From Bugula neritina (taxonomy: Eukaryota > Animalia > Bryozoa), in contig OZ037768.1 in the NCBI GenBank assembly GCA_964035545.1, positions 6,852,741-6,916,740 on the forward strand: 64,000 nt of DNA, given 5' to 3'. Both the position numbers and the translations under genes were made by a program. A model generated the notes under the pieces. That model worked only from the letters and a program-made list of their open reading frames with translations, did not search any database and was not told the DNA's origin. Each line of letters opens with the position of its first letter. Position 1 is the stretch's first letter. Positions 1-12,500 of this stretch are shown here, in pieces.

Positions 1-482
1 AAACATACAATGTGTTATATGTACTAGATTTACCATGAAATGTCACATCAAGTTTGTTTCTGTTATTTAAATGATTAGCAGTATAATAATTATGCATTGT
101 GTAGCTTACGTATTAAAATATTTGTTTTAATTGTCATAAAGCTATAAGAAAGTTCAGACATATCCATACATATATATGAATATATTGGAACCTTCTTCAT
201 GACTGTATATTTGATATATATTTTATATAATTGCTGACAAATTTCGAACATTTTTATTAATTTGCTGTTGCAAAAATTAGCAAATGGTGTTAAAACTATA
301 ATAATTTCCAATACCAAGTATCTAAGGCTTTTCCAAATACACTGTCAAAGATTAATTAACAATTATAACAAAACTCACAATTGAAATTTTATAAATTTGA
401 ATTGAATTCTTTCCTGGAAGCAGTTGAAAGTGTTGCTAAAGTGTGTTTACTATTGTAATAGTTTTGCTTTTATTTCCTTCAG

Positions 483-2970
483 CTTAGCCGAAAAACAAAG
501 TTTCTGGATCGGATTAGAGTGTATGTGAGAGGTGGTGCTGGTGGTCAAGGGTATGTTAGATACGGCGGCCTTGGTGGAGATGGTGGTAATGTTGTGATGG
601 TAGCCAAGTCTAATAAAACACTACTCAAGCTAGCCGAGGATTTTCCAGAAAAAAGATTTATTGCAAAAAATGGAGCTGATAGCAAGTAAACTTTGATTCA
701 TTATACATAGAGTTTTTGTTCATATGTGAAAAAGCTCTCAATTTTTTTAAAAAAGTCTTTGTCATACATTTAGTGGATTTTATGTGCTATATTTATAGTC
801 TCATTTTAGGTGTTTGGTGCTAATTATTGCCCTGTTTTAGGCGTTTGTTACTACTGGGTGATAATGGAGAGGATTTGGTTGTAGAAGTTCCTACAGGAGT
901 TGTTTTATCTTTGGACAATGGCAAGGAAATTGGTGTGTTTACAGATCTTAGTTTTCTAGCAGCTTTTGATATAATTACAACTATATTATTTTATAAGGAG
1001 GAGGGAGGTTGATTCTTGTGAATGTGAATAATATTTGTAACTTTGCATATTACAACAGTACTTTCGTATCAGATAACTAACTCAAACTTTGCTAAATGTT
1101 TCTCTAATACACTGCATTCCCATTTCCTAATATTCATTATTTATAATATTTTTGTTTTAGCTGATTTAAATGCTGATGGGGAAACTGCTGTTGTTGCCAA
1201 GGGTGGGGCCGGGGGAGGCCCAAATAATGATTTCCGCTCTAAAAAGGGAGAAACTAGAAGCATTAGAATTGATCTCAAACTTTTGGCAGATGTTGGCCTG
1301 GTTGGGTATGCTGGTATACATACTCAATATTTTGAGTGTTGTACTTAGAGTTGTCTTCTCCTTCATTTATGATGATTCACTAAAAACTAATCTTGCTATA
1401 TATATATATTGTGTTTATACAGTATATGCTATATAGTATATACTATCTACTTTATAATACTGTGTAGTATGCTAATTGCAGGTTCCCTAATGCTGGAAAG
1501 TCTACATTACTGTGCAGTATGTCTCGAGCTAAACCCAAGGTGGCTGATTATCCATGTAAGCACAGAACTTAAGTAGCATGTATAATAATAGTATTTGGTT
1601 TCTTTAATTACAAATGCCCTCAAATAATTACTGCTTTCAACTTGAAGTTTTCTACATGATTGATGTACTTTAGTTAGAATCAAATTATATGATGCATGTT
1701 GCACATGTAAATTTTCAAAATTCTTATTTTGTTTGTTCTTATGCCAAGTTTTGGTTTTGAATTGTAGTTACCACTCTAAGGCCACATTTGGGAGTCACGG
1801 TGTTTGATGACAATAGACGAATCACCATTGCAGACCTTCCAGGGCTGATAGAAGGAGCTCACATGAATATCGGAATGGGTCATTTCTTTCTCAAGCACGT
1901 CGAGCGAACAAAAGTGCTGTTAGTTGTTGTTGATGCCCACGGATTTGTTCTTAACCGAAGAAGCACTTTCAGAACAGCTTTTGAGACTATTGTGCTGTTA
2001 AATAAGGTAAGGGGGCATCTAAATACGGTGTGTTAGTTTGGTAAAACCACGTTGACCTTCAATTCCAGTGTCATTATATAATTTTCTAGCAAGTCACAAC
2101 CCGGCTTCTAATTTTTATCAACAATTAATTTCTAGGTTTCAGTTCAGTTTGAAATTATAATTTGGTTTTTACTTTTTGATGATCTGTGATAACTCTTATA
2201 AAAAGTGTTCAAGTTATAATTTCGTTGAAATTTCAATTTCTGGTAGGAGTTGTTTTCTTTTTAATGCACTTGAAGTTTTGACAATCTGTATTTCAATAGG
2301 AACTGGAGATGTATAAACCTGAGCTGCTTGACAAGCCTCAGGTCTTACTAATAAACAAAATGGATACTGAAAGTTTCAATGAAAAGTATGAAGAAACATT
2401 AAACTTGCTTAAAAACTGTCGAGGTAAATCTGCAATCTTTGTTGGTAAAGTTTTGTCTATTGCATTTTTCCCTAATCCCTACTTGACATGATGGATACAA
2501 GTTTGTCTAATAAATATTGGATTTCAATGGGAGTCTAATTTCTGATAGAGTCAGAACCTTGTAACTTCGCTCCAATAAACATGCTGCTGTTTTGTCATAG
2601 TCAGCGTTAACTTTTTGAGATGTGATAGTAATTTTGTTTTTTGCCATCATGGCTAAAAACAAAAGTGTTGTATTGTTTGTTGACTGTGTTATGATAGTTT
2701 TACATACATTCAATAAAAGCTAATTGAAACCCTTTTGTTTCAGAGAGCATGGATTCTATTCCGGAGGAACTTCAACCCAACAGACTCTTCGACTTTAAAT
2801 CTATTATTCCAATTTCAGCTTCTCTGGGAGAAAATATAGATACAGTCAAACAGACGTTGCGAAAAATTATAGACGAAGAAAATCGTATCGATAAGCTACC
2901 ATTGCAGAATAAACTAAATAGTCATATTGATTTTCACAGCAAAGAATTGTCCAACACTTTCATTGTCTGA
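483..2970 (+). CDS. GTPBP10: Obg-family GTPase GTPBP10 (mitoribosome assembly factor); 7 coding exons visible, start-codon exon not located
   Basis: GT-AG exons 483-685, 841-932, 1161-1305, 1482-1555, 1768-2006, 2300-2423, 2744-2970 join in frame (1104 nt). Obg Gly-rich N-terminus [27 protein letters not shown]; G1 GFPNAGKS, G2 DYPFTT, G3 [11 protein letters not shown]4 NKMD, G5 ISA. The short Obg fold resembles GTPBP10 rather than MTG2. Confidence 0.9.
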
Positions 2971-3891
2971 CATGTATCTGCAATCTTATTCTTATTTTGC
3001 CTGTTTTGTTAATACTATTTAATGAACTGTCAAACTGTACCGGAAACTGAGATCTTAGCCAGTCGACACTTGATTAAACCTAAAGGATATACTATACAGC
3101 TTGTCAGTTGTTTCAATTTTTCTTTTCCAATACTCATTATATACTGGGCATTGTGCAAATAGCAAAACCAGTATTTAGTGCTAATGATCAGGCAACTTTG
3201 ATCTTCCCTTAATGATTCTCTTATCACTTTCATAAGATATGCTCTGTTATTTGCTCATCAACTTTATACATGCAGTATTTCATAAATGTCTGTTGAAGAG
3301 AATATATCATCTTGCAATACAACAAAATGATCTCAAAATTTAATTGCTACTTTTATTCAGCAAAACACATGTTACTAGTATAGTATACAATAACCAACTT
3401 GAAAGTTTGGCATCTGTACATAAAGTTAAACATTTACATACCAGAGTAAGTCTCGATTCAAAATAAACTATGATTACAGGTACTTTGAGCAGTGAACTTA
3501 TAAAACAACACGAATGCCTGAAGCACCAAAATTAGTGATAATCTAATTTCCAACCCTCATAGACAACAAACCGAAAGTATATTAGCTTACTAGCTAATCA
3601 TAATTATTGCTAGTAGGAATTTGCTCACTCAATACATCTATTTGCCTACTGACTAGTTTTTGTAATGGCTAACTTGGCTGAAAAATAAAGCGATTGTCTA
3701 CACAACTGTATCAAAATTAATATTGCATGGTAGCACAACAGTGTTGTATTTGATTTACAAAACAGCTGACTGACTTAGTGGAAAAACTACAAGTTTTATA
3801 GAAGTAATAGCACTAACCATTCATTGTGTGTTACTAAACACAACCAACTATCCACATTTTGCTGAACTAGTCTGTATAATATGAATTAAAC

Positions 3892-4347
3892 TTATATAAT
3901 TTGACATGTTTTTTTGCTTTTCTTTTTTTTCTTCTTTTTCTCTTTAGTTACGTTGTCTGTTTCATCTACTGTATGATTATTATCAATTTCAGCTGTGTTA
4001 TTTGCTTCATCCATCACTGGAAGCCCATTGCTTTCTGAGATTGATGGCTTGTGCTGCTCACTCGCCTCATTGTCATTACCATCTTTAGACAGAGTATCTC
4101 TCTCTTTAGATGGAGAGTTGACAGTGGTCACAAGAACGTGTTCATTGTCTGTTAGTTCTGCAAAAGTAGAATCTCCATTGGATCGCTTGCCCTGCTGGTA
4201 TTGTGGACTGCTAGGATCTACAATTGTTATCTGATCCCCAGAAATAGTTGAGCTTCTCAATAAGTCATCCACTTCTTTTCTGATTTCACTACCAGGTCTG
4301 AAGGGGTTTTCTTTCTCAATGGAAGTTCCTCTTTTAGGAGTTGCCAT
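3892..4347 (-). CDS. Uncharacterised 151-aa low-complexity protein with C-terminal polylysine + CaaX (predicted prenylated, membrane-targeted)
   Basis: ORF MATPKRGTSIEKENPFRPGSEIRKEVDDLL...KEKKKKKKKSKKTCQII*. A splice acceptor (minus strand ctgtattttag) lies just before 4359. A candidate non-coding upstream exon ends at 7599 (donor GAG|gtaagt). Confidence 0.7.
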   Translation of the reverse strand: MATPKRGTSIEKENPFRPGSEIRKEVDDLLRSSTISGDQITIVDPSSPQYQQGKRSNGDSTFAELTDNEHVLVTTVNSPSKERDTLSKDGNDNEASEQHKPSISESNGLPVMDEANNTAEIDNNHTVDETDNVTKEKKKKKKKSKKTCQII

Positions 4348-6918
4348 TGTCACGTTTCTCTAAAATACAGAATTCAAGGTTACACGTCTAGCAAACCTAG
4401 TAGCAACTCTTATGAGAACTTAAGAAAATGTAAGACCTTTAGTTTAGACTAATTACTACACAGTTATTCTTAAAAAAAGGACTGATCACGGTAGCTTATA
4501 TCGGATATGACCTCAATAGAAAATTTTGCTAGTTGGGGAAATACCCAGCAATAAAGGACGATCGTCAGCTAAGAGTAGGTAGTCTGCTATGCCCCTCTAA
4601 AGTGTCTGCTGTGCATATCTGCATCTATTAAGAAGTCAAAGATTCTCTCATGGATGAGCTAGATTAATAATTCATGCTGCTACCTGCCGTGGCATTTGAA
4701 TGCTGCAGCTCTCATTATTAAAGCAGAACCCACTACAAATGCAAAATACCTTTGCTGCAAATTTCCTCCAGTGGCCTTGCTAGTTGCTACGTAGGCCTGC
4801 TGTAGCTGGTATTTATAACAACATATAATATGCATTATATTAATGGGAGGGGCACGGCCAGCAAACCAGCAATACATTATATCTCATTTATCTTAATAAG
4901 ATTTGTTGTAATCAATCAAAGTTTAAAGCTAAACCGTTATTTGCTCTGCTCAGCCTCTGAAATATCATATCTATAAATAATATTTATACAGTGATGTGTG
5001 TATCTTATCAGTTATATTCCTCAAAATAAGTAATAGATTTTACCCATTGAGATAATTTATTGTAAGCCAGCTACAGCTCTGAATATGAAATGAATGAGAT
5101 GAGCTCTAAATATCGAATAAGCCACATAACTAACTTACAGATTAACAGTACTATCAAAAGTTGGTTTTTAGTCACTAATAGTTGTAGCCATTAATCAGTT
5201 AGTAATTAAGCTACTAGTTTCTACTAAGAATCATCAGCACCATAGCAATAGCATGGCTGCTAGGGCTATATTTGTATAGTAGAGGGAATAAAAGATTAAG
5301 TTATCAGAATCCGTAACATAAAAGAATTATCTATTCAAATCCACACAAATTATTTGTTTGAGGACATGATAGAGTGTGCAGCACAATATTATTTCTATTG
5401 TAAGTTTAGCTGTTCTGCTACTGTATCTGAAATAATAAGTGATTTCATAAAATCAGTTACGACAAAGCTATAAGTGAAAGGATTGCATTTTATCAGACAC
5501 CATGGCAGCAGATTCAAAGTCAGCCTCAGTTACCTATAGAGAATAACTACTGATGTGGGATCATGTGCTTCCCATGAAAATATAAAGACCAAAGTCTAAT
5601 TTTCATAGTTAAGAAGTTGACATATCTAAAAGTATTTTTTATAAGTTTATAAGTAATGTTTGTGCTAATTAGTGTGGAAGCATTTGCTACTACTATTATG
5701 TAAGGCCACTATTATGTAATAAACTATTATAGACTTTAGAGCATTGATTTACTGGGAAGTAGCTATAGCAAAAGCATCAGTATTAGTAACATTATCAACT
5801 GTTATCATTGTGCTTACATATTTTCTAAGATTATCATATAAGAATTTAAGCTAAATTCAGCAAATAAAGTGAAAAAAGTTTCGCAAATAGATTTCAAGTC
5901 TGTACTTCAGTCAGAAATTTTAGATTTGTAAAAATGACTATCTAAAAGTAAATTATAATTTCAATTGTAAAAACATGATCTGATACATTTTTTCACTAAT
6001 TCAGCAGACATGTGACCTGTTAGCCCTGGTGATAAGACATGACAGCTGGTTGAGCAGTTCTGATTAATTATCTATTAACTGAAAGTTCTACACGTCATGA
6101 GCTGAGTTGGGGTGGCAGGGACTGCATTCTTCATATGGAATATATGTTTGTATACTTGAAATATTTAATACCACTAGCATCATTTATGTATATTACACTC
6201 ACTTTCTGCTTAAAGGTCTATGTAGCCCTAACCTTTGACTTGCTTACCAGATAAAACCTAGCAGCAATCAGTAATGGTATAAATAGAAACAATTTTAGGC
6301 TCCACAAGTCTGAATTAAAATAATCTTTTTCCCAGGCCTTGCTCCACGCCAAATAAAACTGCTTGGTTTGCATAATATATCGGTGTAATTTTTCCTTATA
6401 TTGTATTGAATGTTGGTTTTGGAAGGAGCAAATTTTATGAGAATATAGACTAAGTAGTTAAGGTGGTGCATGTTTTACTGAAAATTTAAGCAAAGCAAAT
6501 TCTTCACTATGCTACATTTTATTGGATAAACTGGCGTTGGGCTTGTATCAAATTTTATTATATAAACCACATAAAGCAATTACACATGAAAATTTGCACA
6601 CACTGTAGTGTAGGGCAAAGCTGCAGATAAACTGATGACTCATAGTACCATTCCACCAAACACCTTGATTGACCAAGCAAAGGTAGTTGGTAGAGCAAAA
6701 TTCAAGCAACATTTGCTTTGCTTTTGCTTAGTGTAGGCATTTGGCCTGGTGTATTTGGCCTGACCATGCCAGATTTGAATAAGATGAGTGGTTGTACAAG
6801 ACTCTTGCTGACATCACCAAACTTTGATTTGGTGCACTATAAAAATATTATGATGAAAATTGCCATTTAAAATACATTTTTTTGCAAAACTTGAGCATGC
6901 ACATTTAGCTATTACTCT

Positions 6919-7016
6919 CTCTCCTCCATACAATGTGTACACCAGTGACAATGCAACAGATGTTATTCCTTCTCCTCTACACAAGATGTATACCAGTGAC
7001 AATGCAACAGATGTTA
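6919..7016. repeat. Two-copy tandem duplication, 51-bp period
   Basis: Core accagtgacaatgcaacagatgtta at 6941-6965 and 6992-7016, with similar flanks. Confidence 0.8.
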
Positions 7017-8851
7017 CATTCATAAGACTGACAAAGCTCCTGCATACTGCTGTACCTTAATCAATTTTAATGAAGAAAAATGTTTTATTGACATTCAACA
7101 TTGTAGTAGCAGCTAGTTCTATGGCCTAGATCAAGCCCCAGACCTAACGATCTTTGTTGGGAATTATAAACTGGTCAGTAAAGTGGTCAGCAGAGCGACC
7201 TCAGTAAAGACCCTTGGTGATGTTAGGAAGGGCAATTATCCTTTGCCATATGAGTAAGAAAGTCATAAGCTTACTTAAAAAAACTCCTTTCTATCAGGGG
7301 TTCTTACAGGGGTGGCGACTATAAACCCACATAAAGTGACATCTACTCTATACTGGAATTTAGTGTCTCTTCAACTTCATACCAGAAGTTCAATGAGAAC
7401 TCATCGGGCCTGTCGGCTACATAGCAATGTCTACCCAATGCTTAAATAACTTGTACAAGTGACTGACAATGCGATTCATAAATCATAAAAATAAAATTGT
7501 AATGCAGTTGTTAGAAAAATATGCTCTCTACTAAAATACTTCACCTGAAATATGTTATTGTAAAGTGAAATTATATGCGCAGTTCATGTAACACTTACCT
7601 CACGTTTCTCCCGATGTATCCATATACACAGCTGTCAAAAGTGTAGAGCTTGTATCCACTTGCGTTAGAGTAGCTTGATATATAGTATATGTAGATAAGC
7701 GGCTTATGATATCACAAATACCAGAGATATTCTACTAATGGCTGGTATTCCTTAACACCGGTGAGCAGGTGACAAAAAGTGACCTGTGTTTACACAGAGA
7801 TCACTGATCTGTTGCTTCAGAATAAAGCAGAGGGCAACACAATAGAACCGAGCTTCTTCTCTTTCACTTCCCTTCATCAGCCTGCTATTTTAGTAATGAG
7901 TTTGTTTGCTTTGCTCTGTTTCTATATACCAGCCAATCTATCTTCTAATATTGAGCATTTCAGAGTGTGTAGCCTTCACTTATAATTATGCAGATGTACA
8001 CATACCGTGCTTGTAGGCTAATGTATATGAAGGGTGTATAATATTGTAATATTGATTTTATGCGTTTATAGACTTAGCAAATGTACACAGTATACAGATA
8101 TTACTAGCCATAGAGCATTCCTTGTAAATCTCTCATCTGTGCACACCTGATTTGACATAGTTTAATAGAAGCAGGATTATGCTAATGCTGACAATATTTT
8201 TATGACTAAAATAGTCAGGGGAATCATGTGGAAACTTGCCACTGTGAGAGAAATATGCTGGAATAATAAATTGATATGTGAATTATTGTTTTTGTAGTTT
8301 GATGTTTGGCATTAATGCATAGGTTTTTCTAGTTATAAAATAATGAAGTAATTGTCTGAAGGAAAATCATTGGTTAGTTTTTAGCTGTGGCCACAAAATA
8401 TATGACCACGCATTATTACAACTTCACTGGTAAGGTAATTCAACCTTAAGGTACAGAATTATAACTCAGTGCAACATTTAACATTTTAAATGCTTATATG
8501 TGCAGACTTTTACACTGAGGCTAGCTTATTGGTTTACAGGTATTAAGGATTACATTGTGAAATTGCAACCATTTCAAAGAATGGGTAGACAACTTCTTAA
8601 AGTTAACTGCTGAATCAAAATTTAAAGGGCTTTTTTCCACACCCACTCTTGACAACAAAAATTATAAAATTTTGTTGGCAAATGTATAGCATAGGATAAA
8701 CAAACAAGATGTTCCCTTTCGAAGAGCAGCACAAAATGTCAATAAGTTCAAACAGTTTGCCTTTTAATGTTGAAAATATCTAATTAAGTTTAGAAATTTT
8801 TAACACTTAATGAAAATAATTAGAACAAAAAATACTGATATCTGGTGATCA

Positions 8852-8997
<146 letters not shown>

Positions 8998-9564
8998 TTG
9001 ACAAAAATATATTAATATGCACCATCACCTCCGGCTGATTCAACAAGAAGTTTGAGCATCTAGATTTTATAATTATAAAGGAAGCCCACTCTGATTAGAG
9101 TGTTGAAATGTTAAAACTTACTATACAGAGTAAACAGCACATAGCCTAATATTGATGCATAAGAAATCACAATGTATTGTTTTGGTAAATATAGTACAGT
9201 GTTAATCTATAATAAAATATAATCTAATAATAAAAATAATTATGACTATTACCCAATATTGCAGTATAGCAAAGTAAAAAAGATATTATATTAAGTTAGA
9301 AAAATACACATTAAATATCTTAACATAGAAGACGTTGGTTTGCATATATTGACTTGGTGAAGACATAATAATAGAGCACCAAAGTGGAAAGCTTAATGAA
9401 ATAGTCACATGATAAAATAAAATAGCCGCTGTGTGTAGGAAAAATATTGACTGGCATAAAGATGTTGATGTCAGCATAAAATTGCTACATTGTGTGAAGA
9501 CAAGAGTAATTAATCAAAACAGATTTCAGAACCAAGCTGATAGAGTAATACATCAGGTTGAATA

Positions 9565-12500
9565 TCATGTGTCAGTGTTATTAGAAGTGGCAGCTCCATA
9601 ATCTGGAACTTTGCTATATCCTCTTCTCATATGCATATACTGACCAGGGCGGAAACATAGGAACATCACAGCCACAGCCAAAATAAGCAACCCCACAGAA
9701 AGGACTACTATGATCACAGTCATATATCTAAAGAAATGAACGAATGACTCATATAAACTAATTATTACACACCAATTATAACCAGAGTTGGGGTCAATTA
9801 CATATGAATGTAATTAATTGCAATTACAATTACATGAGAATTTGTCAATTACAATTAAAATTATAATTACAGTTGAAATAAAAGTAATTAATTACAATTA
9901 CATGGTAATGTAATTAATTACAATTACAATTACTTTTGTTCTCACAAGAGACAAATAAAAGTTATATAATCTCACTTCTGGGGTCCAACTACCAGGAGCA
10001 ATTTGGACAACTGAAAACCTTCTTTGTTTTCAACAGTAACCAATACCGTGATAAATACGACATTAAATTATTCTGAACTTTTTATTAAACTGTAGGCAAG
10101 GCAGGAAAAATATGAATTTTATAAGACTTAAAAATTTAAATTAATTGTTATGTAATTATAAAGTAATTGTGAAATTCAATTACATTAGCAATGTAATTAA
10201 TTACAATTACATTTTTATACATCAATTACAAATTACATTCAATTACTTGAGAGAATGCAATTAATTACAACCAATTACAATTACAAATTACAATTACCCC
10301 AACCCTGATTATAACCAGAAGATATCTCCATGTATTAAGACATGTATACAAAAACACATCTGTGTAAGGAATATTTAGCTTTCGATTAATGGATACATGA
10401 GAATAGTTTATACAGAAGATAGAACATGTTGGCTATAGGCCTATACATTAAAGACTGTTACAAAATATCATAACTTGAGCACGTGTTTAATTCCTGCATA
10501 CAAATATTTACACTAGTGCTTTGCTGACACTTTTTATCACCTATATTTTAAACAAGTCTACAGTCTAACAGTTATGAAGTGCCCAATGAAATGTTCATTT
10601 TCATTATAGTACATACAGATACACAGTTGAAGACTATACCAGCTTTAACTAAGGCTAACATCATACTTTATGTCCTCTATTAATAACATTATAGATTAAA
10701 AAACTGTCATATATTTCTTCCAGAGCTGTAAAAGTTGCAACATTTTCGACATAAAATGTAGGGGAGATAAGTCCAAGGTATCTGTAATAAACTCACATAG
10801 GCACATGAGGAGGAGGGGGATGGGGATGAGGGTGGTGGTGAGGTCTAGAGGTGGTAGAGAAGTGCCAGCGGTGGTTGGAAGAGAGACATCTTTTCAAAGG
10901 CACTCGCCTCAGATTGAGTATGGCGCATTTGTGGGCATGAAGACATTGGTCATCACAGTCATCAGCATAGTTACTTATTAGATTATACTGGAGATACCTA
11001 CAGAAAAGAAGTGGTAAAGTAAGTACAGAAAAGAAATGGTAAAGTAAGTACAGAGTACAGAAGTGGTAAAGTAAGTATAAAACTCGGAATACTTCAATTA
11101 GACAAATAGCATATTCAGAAATTGAGTTTAATAGTGTGCTTGCAGCAAACGCTCACTCAGTTAAATTGGATGTTTCCAGAGAGAAGACTTTGTTGCATGC
11201 AAAGTAGCTTCTGCATGTCTGACAGAACCACTTCGAGAATGCAGAGTAAAACAAGCCACTCACTTAAGTAACTGGAACTTGAATACTTGGCAACCAAGAC
11301 ATTATGTATGCTGACAGTTTGATTATCACTTGTATAAAAACAGAATCACACTAAGTGCTAGAAACTTACCTATTCAAGTATTTCTTATTCTCATCTTCAT
11401 TAATGATTTTGTGAACAGCATCTCTCACTGAGAATGTATTCAGGTCGTGGACTCCATAAGCTGTGGTGAACTGATACTCAAGCTCCCATTTGTCACCAGC
11501 TCCTACCAAGAGAGAAACTTGTCAGATATATTCTACATCTTTAGATACTAGAGCAGGGGAGGCCTGTGCTAGTGTCAGGTTATACTTATAAGCTGTATTT
11601 TATATATTATATGCATTTTAAGGTATGGAAAAAGTATTACACCAAAATGTAAACAAAAGAGTTTTTCACAACGATTACCCCTTGCATGTTTATTGAAAGT
11701 ATTACTTTTTACTTTCATGGATGATTTTGATACTTTCTAGTTTTATATAAAAGGGCTCAAAAAAGAAAACCTCAGCTAGTTACTTGATGTTTGTTAGATT
11801 GCTTTCCAGTTGAAATAACAACAATATAATTTGAAAAAGTTTTGCTATTTATAATAAAAATACCCAGTTCATCGCAAAATACATTAATAACAAGTAACAA
11901 AATGATACTATCTACAAGAATGGGTATATATAGCTGGAGAATAACTTCAACTTTTACTAAGCTAATATAATATTCATCACTGTGAATCTCAACTGGACAA
12001 AAAATTTGTTAGACAAATCTAGAGTCTAGAGAAACATAACATCGTACAGTATTCTAATGAATGCTAGGGCTAAATTAATAGCTAACATTCAGTTTGTATG
12101 TACGAGTACTAGGGTGTCATAATACTCATAGCTCTAAGTGTTATAATTACATTGTAAACTACTCCGTGTTCCAATGTTGAAGTTGAATCTATAATTTTGT
12201 TGACTGAATTAGCTAAATCACACTTTTCCTCGTACACTGTAAATGCTCCTCGTTTCATAGAACTGTCTCAAGTGAATCTCCACCAGGCATCAAGTGGCAG
12301 CACATTATTGATTTATGTTGGAGCCGTTCCACTATTGAAGTATGCATGTGCACTCAAGTTGATAGAGAGAGAGAGAGAGAGAGAGAGTGGATGCACCATT
12401 TGCTTACCTTGATTGGCTGCGGACAAGTTGAGATAGTACTGGTAGTAGTCCAGCACTTCACCAGAGTTTCTGTCATACTCAAACAGCCTAATGGAGGGGT

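Noticed and set aside
7600-7623. MDTSGET* mini-ORF and an 11-mer (tcacgtttctc) shared with 4350-4360
   Set aside because: Link of this exon to the CaaX gene is unproven and the match is short enough to be chance.
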